Shown here: one piece after another, positions 8,947 to 16,676 of the stretch
Layout: the number at the start of each line of letters is the position of its first letter
Position numbering within the stretch: position 1 is the first letter of the stretch
Assembly: GCA_049297775.1 (NCBI GenBank)
Contig: JBAQUX010000025.1
Coordinates: forward strand, 1 to 56,834
From: Minisyncoccia bacterium
GTDB taxonomy: Bacteria; Patescibacteriota; Minisyncoccia; Phycocordibacterales; UBA2100
Direction of reading: 5' to 3'
Length of the DNA stretch: 56,834 bases
The notes under the pieces: model-generated
Database searches by the model: none
What the model saw: the letters and a program-made list of their open reading frames with translations, nothing else
Told to the model about the DNA's origin: nothing
Made by a program: the position numbers and the translations under genes

Positions 8947-10147
8947 TATGAATATGCGCTTTCTAAAAGTTCGTCCCTGTGCGGATTGCGGTGAAGTACG
9001 AGTCATACATCCAATAGAAAAACTAATATCCTACGTTGAAGAATGTTTTGCTTCACAAGCATCTGGTGCTGGACCTCTACAAGTAAAACCCGCGCGCACG
9101 ATGAAAAGTTTAAAGTTCTACAAACTACTAGCAAAGGCTCGAATAGTAACAATTCATGAAAACGGGGAGAAGATTAGTGACAGTAGATGCTTGGCACTGT
9201 TCGAAGGTGCTGAAGTGGCACACATTACACTCCTTCTCGTTACATTTTTAGGTAAGCCCTACACGTTCTTTTCTTGCAAATACAATGAACCTAACACATA
9301 TATACAATTTAGTGTTTTACCTTCGGAGCTTTTAGGAAGCGTGTGCCCAATTGATGCTGATGACAAATATCAACTTTCTAAATTGCTTTGTGATAACAAG
9401 ATTCCAGCCGGAGCCAGTGTTTCGGTACGCCATGAATCTGAGCTCGCAGGATGTCTAGAAAAGCTACGGTTTCCACTCATTGCGAAACCTCAAATTGGTA
9501 CTCGTGGACGACACACGGTATTGCACATACAGGATAGCGTTGCACTTAAAAGAGCATTTTGGATTGTAAAAAAAATAAGCACGCGTGTTGTGGTGCAAGA
9601 AGAGCTTTCTGGACAGGTGTATCGATTTACGTGCGTGGGAGGAAAATTTATCGGATGCGCACTGCGTGAATATCCGTACGTTACTGGTGATGGGGAATCA
9701 ACAATTGCTGAGCTCATAAAGCGTGAAAATGAACATCCGCTACGCAATTCAAAAATATTTCGTCACATCCCGTTTACCAAGGCACACGAAATTTTTTTAG
9801 AAAAGCACGGTCTGAATAAAAATTTTATACCAAAAGCTGGTGAGCGCTGTATTGTTGGAGATAAAAACAGTAGATTAAATGGCACAATTACTGAAGATGT
9901 AACCGACCTTGTAAACCCCACAGTAATCCAGGAGATTGAACGCTGTGCTCAGGTACTACGCTTACCGGTCGTTGGACTTGATGCACTCTTTATAGATGTA
10001 ACCCAGCCGTACGTTCCTGGTCATCGTGAAGGCATTATTGAAGCAAATACACTTCCGTATATTGACGTTCATCACTTTCCATTTTCTGGTAAAAAAATTA
10101 ACGTTGCAGCAGAGCTCTGGAAGTACGTATACGAGAGACTTCAGTAG
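8939..10147 (+). CDS. ATP-grasp ligase, cyanophycin-synthetase G-domain-like (paralog 2)
   Basis: The same motif series is present (KPQIGTRGRHT, GDGESTIAELI, VVGLDAL, IIEANTLPYID). The track ORF from 8786 overlaps the upstream gene. Plausible starts are ATG 8939 (overlapping TAG 8944-8946) or ATG 8948. There is an N-terminal CxxC (CADC). Confidence 0.7.
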   Translation: MTSMNMRFLKVRPCADCGEVRVIHPIEKLISYVEECFASQASGAGPLQVKPARTMKSLKFYKLLAKARIVTIHENGEKISDSRCLALFEGAEVAHITLLLVTFLGKPYTFFSCKYNEPNTYIQFSVLPSELLGSVCPIDADDKYQLSKLLCDNKIPAGASVSVRHESELAGCLEKLRFPLIAKPQIGTRGRHTVLHIQDSVALKRAFWIVKKISTRVVVQEELSGQVYRFTCVGGKFIGCALREYPYVTGDGESTIAELIKRENEHPLRNSKIFRHIPFTKAHEIFLEKHGLNKNFIPKAGERCIVGDKNSRLNGTITEDVTDLVNPTVIQEIERCAQVLRLPVVGLDALFIDVTQPYVPGHREGIIEANTLPYIDVHHFPFSGKKINVAAELWKYVYERLQ

Positions 10148-10213
10148 TTATTCACGCTTTCTTTATTGTTTCGTGGATGTATACTTTTACTATTAGTAAT
10201 AACAAGAAAGTAT

Positions 10214-10642
10214 ATGAATTTTGGTGCATATTCAGGTTACGTACAGGTATTAGCAAGAGTGTGTCTATCAGCAATATTTATTATCGGAGGTCTCAGCTTT
10301 ATACAAGCAGAAACATTTTCTGGAATTTCAGGAATGATTGGAGGTCTTGGTTTTCCAATGCCAGCACTTGTGGCAGTATTGGTAATACTTATTAAAGTAG
10401 GGGGTGGGTTGTCTGTACTTACAGGCTTTAAAGCAAAGTGGGGTGCACTTGCACTTGCGCTCTTTACATTCCTAACAGTAGTGTTTGTACACTCTCCAAG
10501 TACTTGGGGTGATCAAGTGCAGTTTTTGATGGCAATGAAAAACATTGCAATCATCGGTGGTCTACTTCTTATTGCAGGTAATGGCGCAGGAGCTATGAGC
10601 TTGAAGTGTACTTGTGGCAAAAGTTGCCCAATGTGTGACTAA
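10214..10642 (+). CDS. DoxX-family membrane protein with Cys-rich C-terminal tail
   Basis: Starting at ATG 10214 (MNFGAY...), it has four TM helices with a DoxX-like pattern (ARVCLSAIFIIGG...KNIAIIGGLLLIAG). The tail is KCTCGKSCPMCD. Confidence 0.7.
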   Translation: MNFGAYSGYVQVLARVCLSAIFIIGGLSFIQAETFSGISGMIGGLGFPMPALVAVLVILIKVGGGLSVLTGFKAKWGALALALFTFLTVVFVHSPSTWGDQVQFLMAMKNIAIIGGLLLIAGNGAGAMSLKCTCGKSCPMCD

Positions 10643-10666
10643 TCAACTTTAACTATAAAGCGTACG

Positions 10667-10688
10667 ATGGGGCGGGAGGCCCCATTTT
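10667..10688 (+). terminator. rho-independent terminator
   Basis: ATGGGGC-GGGAG-GCCCCAT followed by TTT. Confidence 0.6.
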
Positions 10689-10707
10689 ATGTACACGGTA
10701 CTTTATT

Positions 10708-10716
10708 TGGTATACT
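10708..10716 (+). promoter_or_regulatory. extended -10 (TGGTATACT) 11 nt upstream of ATG 10728
   Basis: It lies inside the longer track ORF (10689), which argues for the downstream start. Confidence 0.5.
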
Positions 10717-10727
10717 CAGATAGATAT

Positions 10728-11117
10728 ATGGATAAAAAATTGCTTCAACTGGTATATAGGAGAATTTTTTCACTACCAGCGCTATTATTACTTGCCACAT
10801 TCTGTATCGTTGTAACGCAAGGTACTTTTTCTTTGTATAAAAAAAATAGACAGGTAGCCGAACAACTTCAAAATTCTGAACGTGATTTACATATCCTCAA
10901 GGAGCGTCGTAATGAATTGAAAAATCAGATTGACCACCTGAGTACTGAAAAAGGACAGGAGATAGAAGCGAGGAGAAAGTTTGACTTAGGTAGACCTGGA
11001 GAAAAAATGATTATCATCGTTGAACCAAAAGGTATCAATGAAGTGCCGGAGGAAGAGCCACATGGTTTCATGTCACAGATGGGCAAGTCCATCAAGCGTT
11101 TTATCCACATGGATTAA
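10728..11117 (+). CDS. FtsB/DivIC-like septum formation initiator
   Basis: One TM helix is followed by a coiled coil (LHILKERRNELKNQIDHLSTEKGQEIEARRK). Size and layout are typical of the family. Confidence 0.6.
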   Translation: MDKKLLQLVYRRIFSLPALLLLATFCIVVTQGTFSLYKKNRQVAEQLQNSERDLHILKERRNELKNQIDHLSTEKGQEIEARRKFDLGRPGEKMIIIVEPKGINEVPEEEPHGFMSQMGKSIKRFIHMD

Positions 11118-11163
11118 CACTGACACCGGTGTATACTATCTTTATTACTATTTAAGATTTGAC

Positions 11164-11400
11164 ATGCAGAAAAAAGTCACCATTTATTCGACACCGTCAT
11201 GCCACTATTGCAACTTAGCAAAAGATTTTTTTAAGGCTAACAGTATTGAATACACAGAAATTAATGTTGCTGCGGATAGAGAGAAAGCACGTGAGATGGT
11301 TCAAAAAAGCGGACAGATGGGCGTGCCAGTAATCATGATTGATGACCAAATGATAATTGGCTTCGATGAGGCTCGTTTGCATGCAATGATACAAGCGTAA
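11164..11400 (+). CDS. glutaredoxin/NrdH-like redoxin
   Basis: 78 aa, with a CHYC active site after beta-1 (VTIYSTPSCHYC) and the GVPVIMIDD...IGF motif. Confidence 0.8.
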   Translation: MQKKVTIYSTPSCHYCNLAKDFFKANSIEYTEINVAADREKAREMVQKSGQMGVPVIMIDDQMIIGFDEARLHAMIQA

Positions 11401-11412
11401 TTATTACGCTGC

Positions 11413-11484
11413 GCCCCCGTAGTTCAATGGATAGAACGTGCCCGTCCTAAGGGTTTGATGTGGGTTCGATTCCTGCCGAGGGCA
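11413..11484 (+). tRNA. tRNA-Arg (anticodon CCT)
   Basis: Cloverleaf folded by hand. Acceptor stem GCCCCCG/CGAGGGC has one C-A mismatch. D arm is GTTC-AATGGATA-GAAC. Anticodon arm is TGCCC-GTCCTAA-GGGTT. T arm is GTGGG-TTCGATT-CCTGC. Discriminator is A, and CCA is not encoded. Confidence 0.85.
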
Positions 11485-11491
11485 CCGAGAG

Positions 11492-11513
11492 GAAGACACC
11501 TTCGTGTCTTTCG
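11492..11513 (+). terminator. weak terminator-like hairpin after the tRNA
   Basis: AAGACAC-CTTC-GTGTCTT followed by only a short T-run. Confidence 0.35.
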
Positions 11514-11589
11514 TGCAGAAATCGAAAAGGTTTTCTATATTTATGAGCGCTCTGCGCAAATAAATGGGAAACCTGTACTGAACCTGTAA

Positions 11590-11612
11590 GGTTCGATTCC
11601 TGCCGAGGGCAC
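11590..11612 (+). repeat. 23-bp direct copy of the tRNA-Arg 3' end
   Basis: GGTTCGATTCCTGCCGAGGGCAC occurs at 11463-11485 (inside the tRNA) and again at 11590-11612. The sequence 5' of the second copy does not fold into a tRNA. Confidence 0.8.
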
Positions 11613-11685
11613 TAAGTGGCGGTTTCTAGATGTTGCGGTGCATACGTTTGGGAACGTATCATCTATTTTGATACGCGTATATATT

Positions 11686-11694
11686 TGCTATACT
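11686..11694 (+). promoter_or_regulatory. extended -10 (TGCTATACT) 11 nt upstream of the zwf ATG
   Basis: It lies inside the longer track ORF (11616). A possible -35 TTGATA is at 11668-11673. Confidence 0.5.
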
Positions 11695-11705
11695 GTTCCA
11701 ATCTC

Positions 11706-13034
11706 ATGGAAACAACAGTACCTAAAAAAACATTTTTTGTACTTTTCGGTTCCACTGGCGACCTTTCACAAAGAAAGGTTTTGCCGGCCCTGTACCATTT
11801 ATATCAATCGCAATCTCTTCCCAAAAACATCTCCATTCTGGCAATTGGAAGAACGCAGCACACGAACGAATCCTATAAGGATTTCATAACTTCTCACGTC
11901 GAGAAAATATTGAATGAAACACCGTCGGAAGATTTCTTAAATTATTTCACGTACATACAAGGTTCTGTTCAGGACGAAAGTTTATATGCAAGAGTCGAAG
12001 ATGAACTCAACAAGCATCTGATAGGCGCTGATGACATCGTCGTCGCCTACCTCTCTGTCTCCGCAGAACTATACACGCCAATCGCACTGGGCATTACGGC
12101 ACATACAAGTATCTGCAAACGCCCTCAGTCGCAATTCACTGTCTGTATTGAAAAACCACTCGGCTCAAATCTCGAATCTGCACAGAAATTGCATGCAGAG
12201 CTTACTGCGTACTTTAAAGAGCCACAGATATATAGAATCGAGCATTATTTAGCAAAACCGTTTATTAAACACGTACCTGTATTTAGATTTAAGGAGGCTT
12301 TGTACGAAGATTTGTTTAATAATAAGCATGTAAACTCTATTGAGGTATTCTTCTCAGAAAAAATGGGCGTTGATAATCGTGGTAGCTTTTATGATGCTGT
12401 CGGCGCATTTCGAGATGTAGGACAGAATCACTGTTTGCACATGCTCACCTCTATCTGTGCAGAGAAACCAAAACTTGATTCGGCACTGAGCGAGAGTGAA
12501 GCTCGGGCAGAATTTTTAGAAACAGCACTACTTGCGACAGACGAGTCGATTCGTAACTCCTTGAGGGCACAGCATGAAGGGTACACAGCCATAGCAGGAG
12601 TACTGAAAGATTCGCAGACAGAAACTGCATTTAAGATTACATCACAACTGAGAGGTCAGCGGTGGAGTGGCGTACCGGTTACTTATTCAGGTGGTAAACG
12701 ACTCGCTGAGTATAAAAAAGGTGTTCTGGTTACATTTGGAAAGAACGAGAAAAACATACAATCTATTTATTTTGAAAGTTACCCAAAAGTGCGCACGGTC
12801 ATTACGTTTACAGACTCAACAACGCACGTAGGTTTTGCTACCGACGTTGCGCAAGTCCAATATGTTGGTGAGTACTCGACAATACTGCATGAAGTGTTTA
12901 ACGGCACCACTCAATACTCAATTAGCGAGCGGGAAGTTGAGGCAATGTGGAAATTTACAGATCCATATATTGAAGGATGGTTAAGAAATGTAGTACCACT
13001 CCTTACGTACGCTCCTGAATCGAACATCGTGTAG
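11706..13034 (+). CDS. zwf: glucose-6-phosphate 1-dehydrogenase
   Basis: FVLFGSTGDLSQRKVLPALYHLY is the dinucleotide-binding motif. RIEHYLAKP corresponds to the RIDHYLGK active-site motif. Start taken at METTVPKK. Confidence 0.85.
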   Translation: METTVPKKTFFVLFGSTGDLSQRKVLPALYHLYQSQSLPKNISILAIGRTQHTNESYKDFITSHVEKILNETPSEDFLNYFTYIQGSVQDESLYARVEDELNKHLIGADDIVVAYLSVSAELYTPIALGITAHTSICKRPQSQFTVCIEKPLGSNLESAQKLHAELTAYFKEPQIYRIEHYLAKPFIKHVPVFRFKEALYEDLFNNKHVNSIEVFFSEKMGVDNRGSFYDAVGAFRDVGQNHCLHMLTSICAEKPKLDSALSESEARAEFLETALLATDESIRNSLRAQHEGYTAIAGVLKDSQTETAFKITSQLRGQRWSGVPVTYSGGKRLAEYKKGVLVTFGKNEKNIQSIYFESYPKVRTVITFTDSTTHVGFATDVAQVQYVGEYSTILHEVFNGTTQYSISEREVEAMWKFTDPYIEGWLRNVVPLLTYAPESNIV

Positions 13035-13035
13035 T

Positions 13036-14460
13036 ATGAAATCATATATAGGCATCATTGGACTCGGAGTTATGGGTGAAAATCTCGCTCGAAACATTGT
13101 TCGCAATGGGTATTCGGTTACAGGGCTCGACATAGATGAAAAAAAAGTTCAATCATTTCTAACTAAATCTGCGGATGCAAAGGCAATTGCTACAACATCA
13201 GCAACCGAATTTCTTGAATCCTTAGAGAAGCCGAGAAAAATTTTACTCTTAGTTAAGGCTGGTGACACTGTTGACACTGTGTTATCTAGCATTGAATCAT
13301 CCCTGAGCCCAGGGGATATACTGATTGATGCAGGAAATGAGTCATTCATAAATACTGAACGTAGAGTACGTGCCTTTTCAAGCAAAGGCATACATTTCAT
13401 TGGGTCTGGCGTGAGCGGTGGAGAAGAGGGTGCATTGTGGGGCCCAGCAATGATGCCCGGTGGCGATAGTAATGCATGGCCTTTTGTTAAAGAGCTTTTT
13501 GAGAAAATTTCAGCAAAAGCACCGGACGGTACACCATGCTGTGCATGGATGGGACAAGGAGGTGCTGGGCACTTTGTTAAAATGGTACACAATGGCATTG
13601 AGTATGGTGATATGCAGATGATTGCAGAAAGTTACGCGCTCATGCGCACAGTACTTGGATTGTCACCACTGCAGATAGCCGATGTATTTTCTGAATGGAA
13701 TGCTGGGGAACTGCAAAGTTATCTCATTGAAATCACTGCGGATATTTTGCGCAAGGTAGATACAGAAACGGGAATGCCATTGGTTGATGTCATACAAGAC
13801 TCTGCGTCTCAAAAAGGTACTGGGAAGCTCACCGCACAAATCGCGCTTGATTTAGGTGTAGCTACACCAACTATTGCTGAATCCGTATTCGCGCGTTGCC
13901 TAAGCGCACTTAAGAGTGAACGTATCTTGGCAGAGCAAGAGTATAAGAAATCAGAATCTTTGGAATGGCAAGGTGACACACATGCAATGCTTGCCGCCAT
14001 CAAGGACGCTCTGCTATGTTCAAAAATATGCTCGTACGCACAAGGGTTTCAATTACTCCGGGCAGCAAATCAAGAATACTCTTGGGGACTTAATTTTGAG
14101 CGGATTGCTCTCATCTGGCGTGCAGGTTGTATCATTCGCGCTCAGTTTCTAGACACTATTGCTGATGAGTTTCGCAATGATCCAGATTTGCCAAACCTTA
14201 TCATGGGAAGCTATTTTAAAAGCATACTTATACGCAATGATTCTGCGTGGCGGTCTGTTATCTGCCTTGGTATTCAACATAAAATTTCCCTCCCTACTTT
14301 TTCAAGCGCGCTTTCGTACTTTGACGGATACACAACGGCACGTCTTCCTGCAAACATTATACAGGCACAGCGCGATTACTTCGGTGCACATACCTATGAG
14401 AGAATAGATAGACAGGGGACTTTTCATACTCACTGGGCAGAGGATAACTTGACAAAATAG
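13036..14460 (+). CDS. gnd: 6-phosphogluconate dehydrogenase, decarboxylating
   Basis: 474 aa, with IGIIGLGVMGENLARNI and GSGVSGGEEGALWGPAMMPGG motifs. The start lies 1 nt after the zwf stop. Confidence 0.9.
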   Translation: MKSYIGIIGLGVMGENLARNIVRNGYSVTGLDIDEKKVQSFLTKSADAKAIATTSATEFLESLEKPRKILLLVKAGDTVDTVLSSIESSLSPGDILIDAGNESFINTERRVRAFSSKGIHFIGSGVSGGEEGALWGPAMMPGGDSNAWPFVKELFEKISAKAPDGTPCCAWMGQGGAGHFVKMVHNGIEYGDMQMIAESYALMRTVLGLSPLQIADVFSEWNAGELQSYLIEITADILRKVDTETGMPLVDVIQDSASQKGTGKLTAQIALDLGVATPTIAESVFARCLSALKSERILAEQEYKKSESLEWQGDTHAMLAAIKDALLCSKICSYAQGFQLLRAANQEYSWGLNFERIALIWRAGCIIRAQFLDTIADEFRNDPDLPNLIMGSYFKSILIRNDSAWRSVICLGIQHKISLPTFSSALSYFDGYTTARLPANIIQAQRDYFGAHTYERIDRQGTFHTHWAEDNLTK

Positions 14461-14475
14461 AATTATATTGCAAAA

Positions 14476-14850
14476 ATGCATGCGCTGGACAATTGCCCGT
14501 ACGAAAGTATTGGGAGGAAAGTCCGAACACGTCCTTGTGTTACGTAAGTAATACAAGGAGCAGGGTAGTGGGTAACGCCCATCATTTGTAAAAATAGCGG
14601 TGCGAACAGTGACGGCCACGTCGAAAGACACGGCACCCCATGGAAACGTAAGTTACCGAGGGGATAATCGTGCAGTAATGTACGAGTGCAACGGCAAAAT
14701 CCGTACCTACGTGCAAGGCCGTGCCTACAGTATGTTTTCATAATGTATGGAGAGCCGCTTGAGGTGCTGAGTAATCTGCATCCCAGATATATAATTGTCA
14801 TATATCGACATTTCGTTGATATAACAAAATTCGGCTTACAAGCACAAAAA
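14476..14850 (+). ncRNA. rnpB: RNase P RNA, bacterial type A
   Basis: GGGAGGAAAGTCCGAAC (14512-14528) is the P4 5' strand. ACAAAATTCGGCTTA (14824-14838) is the P4 3' strand, with CCGAA pairing TTCGG. P2 pairs GACAATT (14488-14494) with AATTGTC (14793-14799). A GGGTAGTGGGTAACGCCC element is present. A -10 TATATT is at 14464-14469 and a terminator follows. Ends are approximate (about 10 nt). Confidence 0.85.
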
Positions 14851-14877
14851 TACTCCTTCGGGAGTATTTTTGTTTTC
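14844..14877 (+). terminator. rho-independent terminator (UUCG loop) after rnpB
   Basis: ACAAAAATACTCC-TTCG-GGAGTATTTTTGT followed by TTT. Confidence 0.8.
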
Positions 14878-14955
14878 AAAAGTTGTGTTGTGCGTGAACT
14901 TTCTAGACAGTCTGCAGAATTAAGGCGATAATGCCTTCGCTCTAAGCACTTATTC

Positions 14956-16635
14956 ATGATAACAAACGTCATACAGATACTGAGCAGGGAGGTCAAAGGT
15001 CTCCATGAAACTGCGTACATGATTGGAGTACTTACGTTTGCATCAACACTTCTTGCACTAGTGAGAGACCGACTATTTGCGCATATATTTGGCGCTGGAC
15101 TTACGCTTGATATCTACTACGCGGCGTTTCGTATTCCTGACATGCTCTTCATATCGATTGGCTCTTTGATGTCTGCGTTTGTATTAATACCTGCACTTGC
15201 CGAAGCGAAAAAAAATAAAAATGAAATTTCACTTATACAAACAGTTACTATCACTTTCGGCTCTTTTCTAGTACTTTCATCAGCTGTGCTGATGTTTTGT
15301 GCACCAGCTATTTTGACTTTTTTGTACCCAAGTCTTTTTGAGCGAGGAGGGGGCGATGAATTAGTTCTCCTGACAAGAATATTGCTTCTACAACCGATTC
15401 TTTTAGGTCTTTCCAACGTTGCATCAAGCGTTGTTCAATTTTACGGACGCTATACACTCTTTGCATTCGCACCAATCCTATACAGTATTGGTGTCATTCT
15501 GGGCGGAATAATTTTTTATCCAATTTTCGGAACGGTTGGTCTTGGATACGGAGTGCTCCTTGGTGCACTTTTGCATTTTCTTATTCAGGCACCATTTTTC
15601 TATGCACACGGACTTTCAAAAAAGTTGTCATTTGTTTCTGTAAGTGAAATTGTACACATCGCGTTCACTTCGGTGCCGAGAACAATTTCTCTTGCTTGCG
15701 GACATGCTGCCTTACTTGCCATGACTGCATATGCAAGCACCGTTGAAGTAGGTGCCATTACACTCTTTATGTTTGCGTTCAATCTTCAATCCGCACCACT
15801 GTCTATTGTTGGTGCAAGCTACTCTGTTGCAGCTTTCCCGACACTTTCTGTTCTGTACAAAGAGCAAAATATGCAGAAGTATATTTCTCTTATGACTGCG
15901 GCGGCACGGCACATATTATTTTGGTCACTTCCGATTACTGCGCTCTGTATCATATTGCGTGCACACATCGTGCGCCTCATACTCGGCTCAGGGGCATTTT
16001 CTTGGTCTGATACTCGTGTAGCAGCTGCGGTTTTTGCAATGTTTGTACTCTCACTAGCTGCACAAGGACTTATTCTTTTGTTTGTACGCGGATACTATGC
16101 AGCTGAGAAAACGCTTATTCCACTGACCGTAAGTGCGTGTACCGCATTTTCAGCATTTCTTATCGGGTACCTTTTGTCACATGTGTATTCAAACACAGGA
16201 GGTTTAACGCATCATTTTGTGCATTCAATACTCAGACTTTCAGATACAGACAATGCAAGCATCGCCATGCTTGCTCTCGGCTTTAGTATAGCGTCAATTC
16301 TTGGTGCAACCGTACTCGTTATGGCATTCTCATACCTCATGGGGTCTGTCAGAAAAGAAATCATGCGTGCACTTCGTGAAGGTTTCGTGGGTGCTGTTAT
16401 GGCAGGCGCAGGCTCATACGGAACTTTGCAGGTCATAGCGCCGTATATATCGATGGATGTATTTTGGGGTGTGCTTGCGCAAACGGTCATTGCGGGAACC
16501 GTCGGTACCGTTTTTGCGGCAAGTGTACTATATCTTATTGGAAACGTTGAAGTACGTGAGGTATATCGTGCCTTGCACTCAAAAATGCTTTGGAAGGTGC
16601 CTGTTTCTGGTGCTGATGAGCCACAAATGGTATAA
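14956..16635 (+). CDS. murJ: lipid II flippase MurJ
   Basis: 559-aa polytopic membrane protein. The N-terminal sequence TFASTLLALVRDRLFAHIFGAGLTLDIYYAAFRIPDMLF matches the MurJ/MviN signature. Confidence 0.85.
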   Translation: MITNVIQILSREVKGLHETAYMIGVLTFASTLLALVRDRLFAHIFGAGLTLDIYYAAFRIPDMLFISIGSLMSAFVLIPALAEAKKNKNEISLIQTVTITFGSFLVLSSAVLMFCAPAILTFLYPSLFERGGGDELVLLTRILLLQPILLGLSNVASSVVQFYGRYTLFAFAPILYSIGVILGGIIFYPIFGTVGLGYGVLLGALLHFLIQAPFFYAHGLSKKLSFVSVSEIVHIAFTSVPRTISLACGHAALLAMTAYASTVEVGAITLFMFAFNLQSAPLSIVGASYSVAAFPTLSVLYKEQNMQKYISLMTAAARHILFWSLPITALCIILRAHIVRLILGSGAFSWSDTRVAAAVFAMFVLSLAAQGLILLFVRGYYAAEKTLIPLTVSACTAFSAFLIGYLLSHVYSNTGGLTHHFVHSILRLSDTDNASIAMLALGFSIASILGATVLVMAFSYLMGSVRKEIMRALREGFVGAVMAGAGSYGTLQVIAPYISMDVFWGVLAQTVIAGTVGTVFAASVLYLIGNVEVREVYRALHSKMLWKVPVSGADEPQMV

Positions 16636-16676
16636 CTCTGCCATTGTCGCGCCCGTACCTCACTCATCACAATTTC

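Noticed and set aside
11616-11705. Long 5' extensions of track ORFs: zwf from 11616, ATP-grasp 2 from 8786, MgtC from 33488, dnaB to 38391, methyltransferase from 51717, SPFH from 52498 and the DUF1189-like gene from 53240.
   Set aside because: The extensions overlap upstream genes or contain the gene's own -10 box. Homolog N-termini and the internal ATG positions fit the shorter starts.
14463-15020. A 185-aa minus-strand ORF, plus 14302..14631 (minus) and 14686..14931 (plus).
   Set aside because: The region carries the conserved RNase P RNA elements (GGAGGAAAGTCCG, ACAAAATTCGGCTTA, P2 and P4 pairings) together with a promoter and a terminator. The ORFs are artefacts of a structured-RNA gene.
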